From an uncultured Gemmatimonadales bacterium (GTDB taxonomy: Bacteria > Gemmatimonadota > Gemmatimonadetes > Gemmatimonadales > GWC2-71-9), in the NCBI GenBank assembly GCA_963773095.1, contig CAVYZY010000008.1:86246-150245 (forward strand): a stretch of 64,000 bases of DNA, written 5' to 3'. Position 1 is the stretch's first letter. Each line of letters opens with the position of its first letter. Shown here piece after piece: positions 41,437 to 51,124 of this stretch. Below the pieces are notes generated by a model. The model had not been told where the DNA came from. It was given only the letters and a program-made list of their open reading frames with translations, and searched no databases. The translations under genes and the position numbers were made by a program.

Positions 41437-42677
41437 GGTTGCGATGGGCCGGGGCGGTCTCGCTGCTCTTCGCGCTGGCCGGACGGGCCTCCGCGCAACA
41501 GGTGCCGCCTGAGCCCGCTGCCGATACCGGCAGCGGGGTCACTGTGGGCCTGCTTACGATCGGACCGGGTGAGGAAGTCTGGGAGCTGTGGGGCCACAAC
41601 ACGATCGTCGTCACCGACCGCGATCCTGGAGTCAGCCGCTCGTACAACTGGGGGCTGTTCGATTTCCGGCAGGAGAATTTCATCCTCCGGTTCGCGCGCG
41701 GCCAGATGTGGTACTCGATGGGAGCGAGAAGGACCGATCGCGACCTGGCGCTGTACGTGTACCGGGACCGGTCGATCGTGCTGCAGGACCTGGCGCTGAC
41801 GCCCGCGCAGGCGGCGGCACTCCGGGACTTCCTCGCCTGGAACGACACCGAGGCCAACCGCCACTACCACTACAACTACTACCTCGACAACTGCTCCACG
41901 CGCGTGCGCGATGCCATCGACGGCGTGCTCGGTGGTCAGCTGAAGGCGCGATTCGACACGATGCCGTCGGGGCACACCTGGCGCTGGGAGACCCGGCGGA
42001 TCCTGGGGTGGAACCTGCCGCTCTACGTGGTGATCAACCTCGCGCTCGGGCACCCGGTCGATTCGGGGATGACCGCATGGCAGTCCATGTTCCTTCCGCT
42101 GCGGGTCAGGGAATACCTGCGGATCGCACAGGTCACGGAAGCATCGGGACAGCAGGTGCCGCTGGTGCGCGGGGAAGAGGAACTGAACCGGAGTTCGCGC
42201 TTCGATGACCCCGTGGCGCCGAGGCCGACGTGGGTACCGCTCGCTCTGGCCGGGCTGTCGATGGGAGCCCTGTTCCTGTGGCTGGGCGGGGCGGCACGCG
42301 CGTCGGCGCGGGCACGCCGTTGGTTCGGTGCGCTGAGCAGCGCCTGGTCCTTCGTGGCAGGGTTCCTCGGGCTGCTACTGCTCGGGCTCTGGTTTCTCAC
42401 CGATCACTGGTCGTCGCGGCAGAACGAGAACGTGCTGCTGCTGACGCCGCTGTCACTCGCCCTCGTGGTGCTCATCCCGCTCGCACTCAGGGGCCGGGTC
42501 GGAGCCGGTCGCACCGCGGCGAGGCTCGCGTCAGCGGTGGCCGGGCTCGCCGCCCTCGCGCTGGCGATCAAGGTCCTGCCATGGTTCCACCAGTACAACA
42601 TCGAGCTGATTGCGCTGATCCTCCCGGTGCATGCAGGACTGCTCGCGGGGCTCAGGCGCGCGATCGTGCCGGCCTAG
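41433..42677 (+). CDS. DUF4105 (Lnb-like lipoprotein N-acyltransferase) protein
   Basis: WGH, YNWG.FDF, Y.Y.YYLDNCSTR, C-terminal TM helices. Confidence 0.8.
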   Translation: MRLRWAGAVSLLFALAGRASAQQVPPEPAADTGSGVTVGLLTIGPGEEVWELWGHNTIVVTDRDPGVSRSYNWGLFDFRQENFILRFARGQMWYSMGARRTDRDLALYVYRDRSIVLQDLALTPAQAAALRDFLAWNDTEANRHYHYNYYLDNCSTRVRDAIDGVLGGQLKARFDTMPSGHTWRWETRRILGWNLPLYVVINLALGHPVDSGMTAWQSMFLPLRVREYLRIAQVTEASGQQVPLVRGEEELNRSSRFDDPVAPRPTWVPLALAGLSMGALFLWLGGAARASARARRWFGALSSAWSFVAGFLGLLLLGLWFLTDHWSSRQNENVLLLTPLSLALVVLIPLALRGRVGAGRTAARLASAVAGLAALALAIKVLPWFHQYNIELIALILPVHAGLLAGLRRAIVPA

Positions 42678-43111
42678 CGCCGCCGCGCTGCCTGGGCGAT
42701 CGCCACGTATTTCGCCAGCGGCACCCTTCCGACGATCCGCCCGATGGTGTCGAGGTCCAGGTCGTCCGCCTCCTTGAAGCGGATGCACGCCTTTCCCATG
42801 CTAAGCTTCTTTCCAGCCTTCTTGAACCCCGCCTTCAGCTCCCTCGCCAGCGCCGGGCTCCCGTAGACCGTCATGAGGTAGAGGCTCGAGTATCCCTTCT
42901 GCGCGGCAATCGCGGCGTAGCAGAGCGGCTTGCCGTTGTAGGTGTCGGGATACACCCGTAGCGGCACTCCATAGGATATCATGCCCCACTCGACCCCCTC
43001 CTTGTACCCCTTCGGCAGGTGCTTCCTGATGACCCGGCGCACCTTCGCCACTTCGGCGCGGCGATCGGCGGGCAGTGCGGCGAGATACGCGGCAACCGTC
43101 ATGGCCGTCAC
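42674..43111 (-). CDS. DUF1801 domain protein
   Basis: V.AYL.ALP, WGMISY, AAQKGY.SLY, MGKACIRF. Confidence 0.85.
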   Translation of the reverse strand: MTAMTVAAYLAALPADRRAEVAKVRRVIRKHLPKGYKEGVEWGMISYGVPLRVYPDTYNGKPLCYAAIAAQKGYSSLYLMTVYGSPALARELKAGFKKAGKKLSMGKACIRFKEADDLDLDTIGRIVGRVPLAKYVAIAQAARRR

Positions 43112-43779
43112 CCCTTCACCCGTCGCAAGGCTTCCTTCGCCTCCGGAAAATCCGGCGCGCTCTGCAGGGCGCGCTCGTAGAGGCTCGCCGCCTTGGCCTT
43201 GTCACCGGCATCCTCGGCCTGCAGGCCAAGGCTGAACGCAATCACCGCGGCACCCGGCACCACGGCCTGGTTCACCGGTGCGGGTGGCAGCTTCAGTTCC
43301 TGGAGAATGCGCTGCGCGATCGCCTGCGTGATCAGGTAGATCTGGTCGCGATCCTGCATCTTGGGGTCCTCGTTCGAGAGCCCCTTGATGATCGTGCCGC
43401 TCTGCGCGTCGACCACGCGCACATTGAGCCGAAACTTCCCGTAGTAGTCGACGAAGTTGCCCATGATCACGTAGCGCGCGCCGACCATCTTCCCGATCCT
43501 GGCCGCGGTGGCGGCGTCGATGCGGGTGTTCTTGCCCAGCTCCTGGCTCGTGATGGCGCCGGCGGTGGTGCTCCGCGGCGCGGCGCTGCCTCCCGGACTC
43601 AGGCTCAGCTCGCTCGCCAGGATCTGCGCGATCCCGCCACCGAGCGCGCGGAGGCTTTCCTGGTCGAGGCCGAAGGACTGCTGGCTCTCGAAGGGCACCA
43701 CCGCAAAGCTGGTCTGCTGCGAGTGCAGCGTGAGGGGGCCCAGAACGAGTGCGAGCAGGGCGAGCGGCATGCGTGTCAT
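43108..43779 (-). CDS. CsgG/FlgO-like exported protein with C-terminal TPR-like helices
   Basis: Signal peptide; AVVPFE, ID.ATAARIGK.VGARY...G, VRVVDAQSG. Confidence 0.75.
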   Translation of the reverse strand: MTRMPLALLALVLGPLTLHSQQTSFAVVPFESQQSFGLDQESLRALGGGIAQILASELSLSPGGSAAPRSTTAGAITSQELGKNTRIDAATAARIGKMVGARYVIMGNFVDYYGKFRLNVRVVDAQSGTIIKGLSNEDPKMQDRDQIYLITQAIAQRILQELKLPPAPVNQAVVPGAAVIAFSLGLQAEDAGDKAKAASLYERALQSAPDFPEAKEALRRVKG

Positions 43780-43792
43780 CACGACCCCTGAT

Positions 43793-44644
43793 CTAGAGAT
43801 TGAGGACGAGGCCATCGCGCGCGGCCAGGACCTCGAGGGAGGGCGCGCGCCGGGATGCCTCTTCCCGGGCTGCCGCCAGCATGGCATCCACCATGTCGTC
43901 GCTGCGACCGGGGTCATGATGAAAGAGCACGAGGCGCGCGGCACCGGTGTCGGCGGCAAGGGCAATCGCCTCCCCGGCGGTGGAGTGGCCCCAGCCCCGC
44001 CGCGCGGTAACCTCGCTCTCCATGTACATCGCGTCATGGACGAGGGTATGGGTGCCCGACAGCCAGGCAACGAGCGCGTCGCGCCAGGCCGCGGACCAGG
44101 CGTGACCCGGGCCGAGTTCGTTGTCGGTGACGTAGGCGAAGGCGTCCATGCCCGGCCGCTCGAGCCGGTAGCCGAAGGTTACGCCGGGGTGATTCAGCCG
44201 AAAGGGCCGCACGGCGTACCCGGGCAGTTCAAAAGGCTCCGCCGCCATCTCGCGGACGCGCGGTGGCTCCGCGAACTGCGTGAACGGGACGGGAAACACG
44301 TCGGCCTCCATCTGCCGCTCGAGCACCGAGGACAGGGACGCGCGCTCCGGACGGGGACCCACGATGGTGAGGGAGGTCCCATGGTGCCAGAGCGGCGTGA
44401 AGAACGGCAGGCCCTGGATGTGATCCCAGTGGGTGTGGGAGATGAGCAGCTGGCCGCCGGTCAGGGGGCGGTTCCCGAGGGAGGCGCCGAGCGCGCGAAT
44501 ACCGGTGCCGGCATCGAGGATCGTGAGCGGTGCATCCGCGGCTTCGAGCGTGACGCACGGCGTGCTGCCGCCGGTGCGTGCCGTCGCAGGTCCGGACACC
44601 GGGATGCTCCCGCGCGTGCCCCAGAAAGTGAGTGTGACGGTCAC
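43793..44644 (-). CDS. MBL-fold metallo-hydrolase
   Basis: WGTRGSIP, LDAGTG, SHTHWDHIQG, HPG, TDNE, GHS, FHHDP. Confidence 0.9.
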   Translation of the reverse strand: MTVTLTFWGTRGSIPVSGPATARTGGSTPCVTLEAADAPLTILDAGTGIRALGASLGNRPLTGGQLLISHTHWDHIQGLPFFTPLWHHGTSLTIVGPRPERASLSSVLERQMEADVFPVPFTQFAEPPRVREMAAEPFELPGYAVRPFRLNHPGVTFGYRLERPGMDAFAYVTDNELGPGHAWSAAWRDALVAWLSGTHTLVHDAMYMESEVTARRGWGHSTAGEAIALAADTGAARLVLFHHDPGRSDDMVDAMLAAAREEASRRAPSLEVLAARDGLVLNL

Positions 44645-44654
44645 GGAGAGGTGG

Positions 44655-45332
44655 CTAGACCCGGCGCGCCGCTTGGGCGAGCGTCGCGCGGTCCTTCAGG
44701 AGAATTTCCTTGCGGCTCACCTCGATGACGCCGTGCTCGACCAGGTTGCGCAGGGTCCGGGACACGGTCTCGCGGCTGGCGCCGATCATCTGCGCGATGG
44801 TGTGATGGGTGAGGCGCCGCGTGATCCGGTCGCCGCCTTCCTCCGAGGCCATGGTAAGGAGGAGGCTGGCGACGCGCCCGTTGACGTCGAGCAGGACCAG
44901 CCGGCCGATCTGCTCGTCGGCGCGCCGCAGGCGACGTGACAACTCGCGCAGCAGGGCCACGCTGACCCCCGGCGATGTCCGGAGCTGGGCCTGGAAGTCC
45001 TCGCGCCGGAGGGCGAGCAGCCGGCTGTCCTCCATCGCGATGACGTGGGCCGACCGCGGCTCATCATCCAGCACGCTCATCTCGCCGAAGAAGTCACCGT
45101 CCCGGAGTACCGACAGGATGACCTCGCGGCCGTCCTCGGCCACGAGCACCACCTTGACCTGGCCATCCGCCACCACGTACAGCGCGTCGCCCGGATCGTC
45201 ACGAAAGACGATCACGGCACCCTTCGGGTAGCGCCGCTCGCGGACCAGCCCGGCGAAGGCCGCCAGGTCGGACTCGGCAAGGCCACTGAAGAGCGGAACG
45301 CGGCGCAGGATGTGGATGGCAGGCAGGCTCAC
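44655..45332 (-). CDS. Crp/Fnr family transcriptional regulator
   Basis: cNMP-binding FGEM...PRSA and HTH IGASRETVSR. Confidence 0.93.
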   Translation of the reverse strand: MSLPAIHILRRVPLFSGLAESDLAAFAGLVRERRYPKGAVIVFRDDPGDALYVVADGQVKVVLVAEDGREVILSVLRDGDFFGEMSVLDDEPRSAHVIAMEDSRLLALRREDFQAQLRTSPGVSVALLRELSRRLRRADEQIGRLVLLDVNGRVASLLLTMASEEGGDRITRRLTHHTIAQMIGASRETVSRTLRNLVEHGVIEVSRKEILLKDRATLAQAARRV

Positions 45333-45357
45333 GGCGGGGTCCGGAGAGGGGTCATGG

Positions 45358-45387
45358 ACGTTACCTGTGGTTAGAGGACCAAGTCAA
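45358..45387 (-). promoter_or_regulatory. Putative sigma70 promoter for the crp operon
   Basis: TTGACT-N18-TAACGT. Confidence 0.5.
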
Positions 45388-45406
45388 AGGGCTGGTGACG
45401 GCAGCC

Positions 45407-45435
45407 TTGCTCCCGCGTCCTTAGCTCGTTATACT
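45407..45435 (+). promoter_or_regulatory. Putative sigma70 promoter for the rpmE operon
   Basis: TTGCTC-N17-TATACT. Confidence 0.6.
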
Positions 45436-45527
45436 CCAAGGCTTTACAAAACCACGCCCCGACCGAAAATGGCGCCCGGTGATCACGCCCGGTGCCTCGA
45501 AGGGGCCGCTGTCCAAGGAGAAGGCCC

Positions 45528-45746
45528 GTGAAGTCCGATCTGCATCCGATGTACCGCACCCTGACCGTCATCTGCGCGTGCGGCAACTCCTTCGAAACGC
45601 GTTCGACGTCCACGTCGATCCACGTCGAGGTGTGCTCCCAGTGCCACCCGTACTACACGGGCAAGCAGCGTCTTCTGGATACCGCCGGCCGGGTGGATCG
45701 TTTCCGTCGGAAGTACAAGACGAACGACGCGGTCGCGAAGGCCTGA
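45528..45746 (+). CDS. rpmE: 50S ribosomal protein L31 (Zn-binding C+ type)
   Basis: [25 protein letters not shown]; AAGGAG RBS before GTG. Confidence 0.95.
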   Translation: MKSDLHPMYRTLTVICACGNSFETRSTSTSIHVEVCSQCHPYYTGKQRLLDTAGRVDRFRRKYKTNDAVAKA

Positions 45747-45749
45747 TTC

Positions 45750-46808
45750 ATGGACGCACGACTCCGCGCCGCGCTCGCGCGGGCCGCGGAGGTCGCGCGC
45801 GAATTGTCCGGACCGGAGGTGGCGAAGGACACGGCCCGCCTCCAGGAGCTTGGACGGGAACACTCGAGACTGGAGCCGGTCGTGCGCACGCACGACCGGC
45901 TCGTCCGTCTTCAGGAGGAGCTGTCCCAGGCGCGGGAGATGGCGGCCGAGCCCGATGCGGAGCTGGCGGCGCTGGCGCGCGCCGACGTGGGCGAGCTCGA
46001 GCCGCAGGTGGCCCGGCTCGAGGTGGAGCTCAACGAGCTGCTGGTTCCCCGGGACCCGCTCGACGATCGTGACGCCATCCTCGAGATCCGCGCTGGCACC
46101 GGCGGTGACGAGGCCGGCATCTTCGCCGGCGACCTGGTGCGGCTCTACCGCCGGTTTGCCGAGCGGCGGCGCCTCACGGTCGAGCCGATCTCCGTGAGCG
46201 AGGGTGGCATGGGCGGGGTGAAGGAGGCGATCCTCGCCATCAGGGGGCCGGATGCCTTCGGCCTGCTGCGCCGCGAGTCGGGGGTGCACCGGGTGCAGCG
46301 CGTACCGGCCACCGAAACCCAGGGGCGGATTCACACCTCGGCAGCGACGGTCGCCGTCCTGCCCGAGGCGGAGGAGGTCGACGTGCAGATCAATCCGCAG
46401 GACCTGCGGATCGACGTCTTCCGCTCCTCCGGCCCGGGCGGGCAGAGCGTGAACACGACGGACAGCGCGGTGCGCATCACCCACCTGCCGTCGGGGCTCG
46501 TGGTGTCGCAGCAGGACCAGAAGTCGCAGCTCCAGAACAAGCTCAAGGCGATGGAGGTGCTGCGGGCGCGCCTGCTCGACCGCAAGATCGCGGAGCAGGA
46601 AGCGGCGCGCTCATCCGAGCGCAAGGCGATGGTGGGCACGGGCGACCGGTCCGGAAAGATCCGCACATACAACTTTCCCCAGAGCCGCGTCACCGACCAT
46701 CGCATCAATCTTTCGGTGCACAACCTGCCCGACGTGATGGACGGGCACATCGACGAGCTCATCGAGGCGCTGCGAATGGCGAGCCGGGAGGAGATGGAGC
46801 GTGACTGA
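45750..46808 (+). CDS. prfA: Peptide chain release factor 1
   Basis: EIRAGTGGDEA, RVPATE (PxT), GGQ, RTYNFPQ. Confidence 0.96.
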   Translation: MDARLRAALARAAEVARELSGPEVAKDTARLQELGREHSRLEPVVRTHDRLVRLQEELSQAREMAAEPDAELAALARADVGELEPQVARLEVELNELLVPRDPLDDRDAILEIRAGTGGDEAGIFAGDLVRLYRRFAERRRLTVEPISVSEGGMGGVKEAILAIRGPDAFGLLRRESGVHRVQRVPATETQGRIHTSAATVAVLPEAEEVDVQINPQDLRIDVFRSSGPGGQSVNTTDSAVRITHLPSGLVVSQQDQKSQLQNKLKAMEVLRARLLDRKIAEQEAARSSERKAMVGTGDRSGKIRTYNFPQSRVTDHRINLSVHNLPDVMDGHIDELIEALRMASREEMERD

Positions 46809-47655
46809 GGCCGACATGGCGCTGGGTGACCTCGTGGCCGATGCCGGGCGCATGCTCGCGGCCGGTCGCATCCCCGAGCCGCGTCGCGAGGCGCTGCGGC
46901 TCTGGGCCGACCTGATGGAGGCGTCACCGGTCGACGCGATCCTGGGACGGCGCGCGCCGGTATCGACCGAACAGGTCGGTGCCTTTCTGGCGGCGGTCGA
47001 GCGACGGGCGGGAGGCGAGCCCTTGGCCTATGTTTCCGGCAGGGCAGGATTCCGTCGCCTTTCGCTCCACGTGGACCGGCGCGTGCTCATCCCGAGGCCC
47101 GAGACGGAGGGGCTGGTGGAGCTGGTGCTGGCCCGCGCACCGCGAGGCATCGTCGCCGACGTGTGCACGGGCAGCGGGTGCATCGCGCTAAGCCTGGCGG
47201 ACGAGGGACAGTACGATCGCGTGCTGGGCCTGGACCTGAGCGGCGGGTCACTCGAAGTGGCTGCGCGCAACGCACGGCGAACCGGCCTGTCGGTGACGCT
47301 GGTCCGGGCCGACCTCACGGCGTCGCTGGCGCTGGCATCGCTCGATGTGCTGGTGGCAAACCCGCCGTACATCGCGGCCGCCGAGTACGCGGCGCTCGAC
47401 ATGTCGGTGCGCGACTGGGAGCCGCGGATGGCGCTGGAGAGCGGGAGCGACGGGCTGGCTGCCACTCGCCGGCTCCTCGACGACGGCCGCCGCGTGCTGG
47501 TCCCGGGCGGATGGATCGCCCTCGAACTCGATGCGGCGCGCGCCGCGGACACGGCGTCGGCGGCAGGGGCGTATGGCTGGCAGCACGTCATGATTCACCA
47601 CGACCTATTCGGCCGCGAGCGGTACCTGCTCGCGCAGAGGAGCGAGATCCCGTGA
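46801..47655 (+). CDS. prmC: Release factor glutamine methyltransferase
   Basis: EPLAY, LIPRPETE, CTGSG, NPPY. Confidence 0.93.
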   Translation: MTEADMALGDLVADAGRMLAAGRIPEPRREALRLWADLMEASPVDAILGRRAPVSTEQVGAFLAAVERRAGGEPLAYVSGRAGFRRLSLHVDRRVLIPRPETEGLVELVLARAPRGIVADVCTGSGCIALSLADEGQYDRVLGLDLSGGSLEVAARNARRTGLSVTLVRADLTASLALASLDVLVANPPYIAAAEYAALDMSVRDWEPRMALESGSDGLAATRRLLDDGRRVLVPGGWIALELDAARAADTASAAGAYGWQHVMIHHDLFGRERYLLAQRSEIP

Positions 47656-48002
47656 TTCCGGAAAAGGCGCAGGAGTTGGGACGTCTGATCGGCCAGTCGA
47701 GCGAATACCAGGCGATGCGGCGCTCGGAGCAGGACCTTCGCGGCGACGTGGACACCCAGCAGAAGCTCGAGCGCATCTCGGTGCTGGCCAAGCAGGTGGA
47801 TGCGGTGATCGCGCAGGGCCAGATGCCCGACGAGGCGACGACGCTCGACTATGAGACGGCCGTTCGCGACCTCGAGACGAGCACCATCGGCCAGCGCTAC
47901 GTATCGGCCCGCGCCAACTTCGAGAAGCTGATGATGAAGGTGAACGAGCAGATCAGCGCGGGCATGGAGAAGGGCGCCGCGAGCAGCATCATCACCCTGT
48001 GA
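47652..48002 (+). CDS. YlbF-family regulator-like helical protein
   Basis: EKAQELG.LI.QS.EYQ...VNEQI pattern; GTGA overlap. Confidence 0.7.
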   Translation: MIPEKAQELGRLIGQSSEYQAMRRSEQDLRGDVDTQQKLERISVLAKQVDAVIAQGQMPDEATTLDYETAVRDLETSTIGQRYVSARANFEKLMMKVNEQISAGMEKGAASSIITL

Positions 48003-48619
48003 TGCGCGGATTCTTCCTGGTCCTCGAGGGGCCGGAAGGCGCGGGGAAGAGCACGCTCGCGGCCACGCTGGCGGCGCGCGCGAAGGGCACCGGGGCGGCG
48101 GTCGTCGCGGTGCGGGAACCAGGAGGGACGACTGCCGCCGAGGCAGCCCGCGCGATCGTGCTGGATCACGGGCATGGCGTCGGTCCCGAGGCGGAACTCC
48201 TGCTGATGCTGGCGGCGCGCGCCGACCTGGTCCGCCGCGTGATCGTCCCGGCCCTCGAGGCGGGATCGCTGGTGATCGCGGACCGGTTCGACCTGTCCAC
48301 GCAGGCGTACCAGGTGGCGGGACGGGGTCTTCCGGCCGATCTCGTGGCCGCCGCGAACCGCCTCGGGACCGGCGGGCTGGTGCCCGACCTGACCCTCGTG
48401 CTCGACGTCACGCCGGAAGAAGGGCGGGCGCGGCAGGCGGCGGCGGGCAAGGTCAGGGACCGGATGGAACTCGAGGGCGAGGACTTTCACGCGCGCGTCT
48501 CGGCCGCGTATCTGGCGGCTGCGGGAGCGGGTGTGCAACATTTGAATGCCGAGCAGCCTGCCGATCGCCTCGCCGAGGCGGCGTGGGCAGCGCTGGTACA
48601 GAGGTGGAGGAAGTCATGA
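48002..48619 (+). CDS. tmk: Thymidylate kinase
   Basis: EGPEGAGKST, REPGGT, DRF..ST.AYQ, PDLT, DRME. Confidence 0.95.
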   Translation: MRGFFLVLEGPEGAGKSTLAATLAARAKGTGAAVVAVREPGGTTAAEAARAIVLDHGHGVGPEAELLLMLAARADLVRRVIVPALEAGSLVIADRFDLSTQAYQVAGRGLPADLVAAANRLGTGGLVPDLTLVLDVTPEEGRARQAAAGKVRDRMELEGEDFHARVSAAYLAAAGAGVQHLNAEQPADRLAEAAWAALVQRWRKS

Positions 48620-50259
48620 AGCATCGCTGGAGCATCACCGCGCTCATTGCCGCGCTCTCATTCCTGAGCGGCGGCTGGCTCCTGCAGCGCGGCACCGGCG
48701 GCGACGGCGGGGTGTATCGGCAGGCGCGCCTGTTCGATGACGTCCTGAGCCACGTCCGCAATTTCTACGTCGATTCGATCCCCGAGGCCGACCTGTATAC
48801 CAAGGCCACCAACGGGATGCTCGACGAGCTCAAGGATCCCTACTCGGTGCTGCTCACCGGTACCGATTTCAAGGAACTCACCGAGAAGACCTCCGGCAAC
48901 TACGCCGGACTCGGCATCCAGATCGACGTACGCGACGGGTGGATCACCGTGGTGGCGCCGCTGCCCGACTCTCCGGCCGAGCGGGCCGGGATCCAGACCG
49001 GCGACCAGATCATCGAGGTGGACGGGAAGTCCACGCAGGGCTGGAACAGCGAGCAGGCGGTGAAGTCCCTGCGGGGCGAGCCGGGCTCGGACGTGGCGAT
49101 TCTCATCCGGCGGGCCGGCTTTGACGAGGCTGTCCCCTACAAGCTCAACCGCGCGACGATCCACTTCAAGTCGGTGCCCGCTGGCACCGAGTTCGATGGT
49201 GGGGTGGGGTACATCTCCCTCAACCCCGTGCAGGAAACCTCCGCGCAGGAACTGCGCGACGAGATCGTGGCGATGCGTGGCAAGGGGATGAAGGCAATGG
49301 TCCTCGACCTGCGCAGTAACCCCGGCGGCCTGCTCGACCAGGGGATCAAGGTGTCCGACCTGTTCCTCGATCCCGGCCAGGAAGTGGTGTCCACCCGTGG
49401 CCGCGCCCGGGGCAGCACCCGGCAGTTCTACGACGAGGAGAAGCAGCTCGATCCATCCCTGCCGATCGTGGTGCTGGTCAGCGAGGGCACGGCCAGTGCC
49501 GCCGAGATCATCGCCGGCGCGCTGCAGGATCATGACCGTGCCCTGATCGTGGGCACGCCCACCTTCGGGAAGGGGCTGGTGCAGACGCTGTACCCGCTGG
49601 GGCAGGAGACGGCGCTCAAGCTCACGACGGCGCGCTGGTTCACGCCGAGCGGTCGCACCATCCAGCGGAAGGCCGACAGCGAGCAGGACCAGGTGCTGCA
49701 GGCCATCGCCGAGGGCAACCCGGTGGCGCCGGGCGATTCGTCCGCCGCGGCCGATTCGGCGATGAGGGCGCGCCCGATCTTCCACACCGATGACGGGCGG
49801 GTCGTGCGGGGCGGGGGCGGCATCGTGCCCGACCTCATCATCCGGCCCGACACGCTTACGACGTCGGAGCGCGAGTTCATCAAGGGACTGGGGGACAAGG
49901 TCCAGGCCTACCGCGACGTGCTGACCACCTACGCGCTCGACGTGAAGCGTGACAAGGCCGTCAAGAGCGAGACCTTCCAGGTGACGGCGCAGATGCGCCA
50001 GCAGGTGTACGAGCGGCTCAAGGCCAAGGGCGTCACGATGTCCCCGACGGCGTTCCAGGCCGGGGCGCCGCTGGTCGACCAGCAGCTGGGCTACGAGATC
50101 AGCCGCTACGTCTTTGGCCGGCCGGCGGAGTTCCGGCGCCGGGCGCAGGACGATCCGCAGGTACAGAAGGCCATCACCCTGCTGCGCAAGGCAGAGTCGC
50201 CGAAGCAGCTCCTGACGCTTGCGAGCGCCGCTCCGGCGCCAGGTGCGGCCGCGCGCTGA
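48616..50259 (+). CDS. Carboxyl-terminal processing protease (S41A, PDZ)
   Basis: DPYS, GLGIQI, DLRSNPGG, TASAAEI, TFGKGLVQ. Confidence 0.93.
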   Translation: MKHRWSITALIAALSFLSGGWLLQRGTGGDGGVYRQARLFDDVLSHVRNFYVDSIPEADLYTKATNGMLDELKDPYSVLLTGTDFKELTEKTSGNYAGLGIQIDVRDGWITVVAPLPDSPAERAGIQTGDQIIEVDGKSTQGWNSEQAVKSLRGEPGSDVAILIRRAGFDEAVPYKLNRATIHFKSVPAGTEFDGGVGYISLNPVQETSAQELRDEIVAMRGKGMKAMVLDLRSNPGGLLDQGIKVSDLFLDPGQEVVSTRGRARGSTRQFYDEEKQLDPSLPIVVLVSEGTASAAEIIAGALQDHDRALIVGTPTFGKGLVQTLYPLGQETALKLTTARWFTPSGRTIQRKADSEQDQVLQAIAEGNPVAPGDSSAAADSAMRARPIFHTDDGRVVRGGGGIVPDLIIRPDTLTTSEREFIKGLGDKVQAYRDVLTTYALDVKRDKAVKSETFQVTAQMRQQVYERLKAKGVTMSPTAFQAGAPLVDQQLGYEISRYVFGRPAEFRRRAQDDPQVQKAITLLRKAESPKQLLTLASAAPAPGAAAR

Positions 50260-50263
50260 AGCG

Positions 50264-51124
50264 GTGGCATCCCCAGAGGGTTCTCGCCCGACCGTTGCCA
50301 TCATCGGTGCCGGCCGGGCGGGACGGGCCCTCGCGCTGGCCCTGACACGCGCATCGGTTCCGGTGGTCGTGTGCACCCGCAGGAAGTCCGATCTCCCATC
50401 TCCCATCAGCTGCTCCCTCGAGCCGTGGACGCTTGCCCTCGAGAGCGCGGGCGTCATCCTCGTCGCCGTGCCTGACGACGCCATCGAGGATGTCGCGGCC
50501 CGGCTCCGGGAGGCATCGCTCGCTGGCACAGTCGTGCTGCACTGCTCCGGCCTGCGGGATCGCACCGCGCTCTCGGTGCTCGAAGGCCGTGTGGCAGGAC
50601 TCGGATCGTTCCACCCCCTCCAGACACTGGCAGGCGATTCGGAAGCGGCGGAGCGGCTCCGGGCGGCGTATGCGGTGCTGGAAGGCGATGCGACGGCGGT
50701 GGCGGCCGGGCGACTGCTCGCCACGCAACTGGGGATGAGGGCGATCGAGATCCGTGGCGCGGACAAGCCGCGGTACCACGCAGCCGCGGTGATCGTCAGC
50801 AACTACACGGTGGCACTGGCGTCGGTGGCCGAGCGGCTCGCGGGTGAGGCGGGGATCCCCGCGGACGCCGCCGGCCGCATCTACCTGCCCCTGCTGGAAG
50901 GGACGTGGCGCAACCTCGAGATGCGAGGCACCACGGACGCGCTCACGGGGCCGATCGTGCGGGGCGATGCCGGGACCGTGCGGGCGCACCTCGGGGCGCT
51001 CGATGGGGAGACGCGGCGGCTGTACGCGGTGCTGGGACTCGAGGCGGTGAAGCTGGCTCGGCGGGGCGGACTCGCGGCAACAAGGGCCGACGAGATCGAG
51101 GCGACCCTTCGCGGCGCGCTATGA
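50264..51124 (+). CDS. Rossmann-like plus DUF2520 domain protein
   Basis: IGAGRAG, VPDD, HCSG, FHPLQT, YHAAA..SN, LTGPIVRGD. Confidence 0.88.
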   Translation: MASPEGSRPTVAIIGAGRAGRALALALTRASVPVVVCTRRKSDLPSPISCSLEPWTLALESAGVILVAVPDDAIEDVAARLREASLAGTVVLHCSGLRDRTALSVLEGRVAGLGSFHPLQTLAGDSEAAERLRAAYAVLEGDATAVAAGRLLATQLGMRAIEIRGADKPRYHAAAVIVSNYTVALASVAERLAGEAGIPADAAGRIYLPLLEGTWRNLEMRGTTDALTGPIVRGDAGTVRAHLGALDGETRRLYAVLGLEAVKLARRGGLAATRADEIEATLRGAL

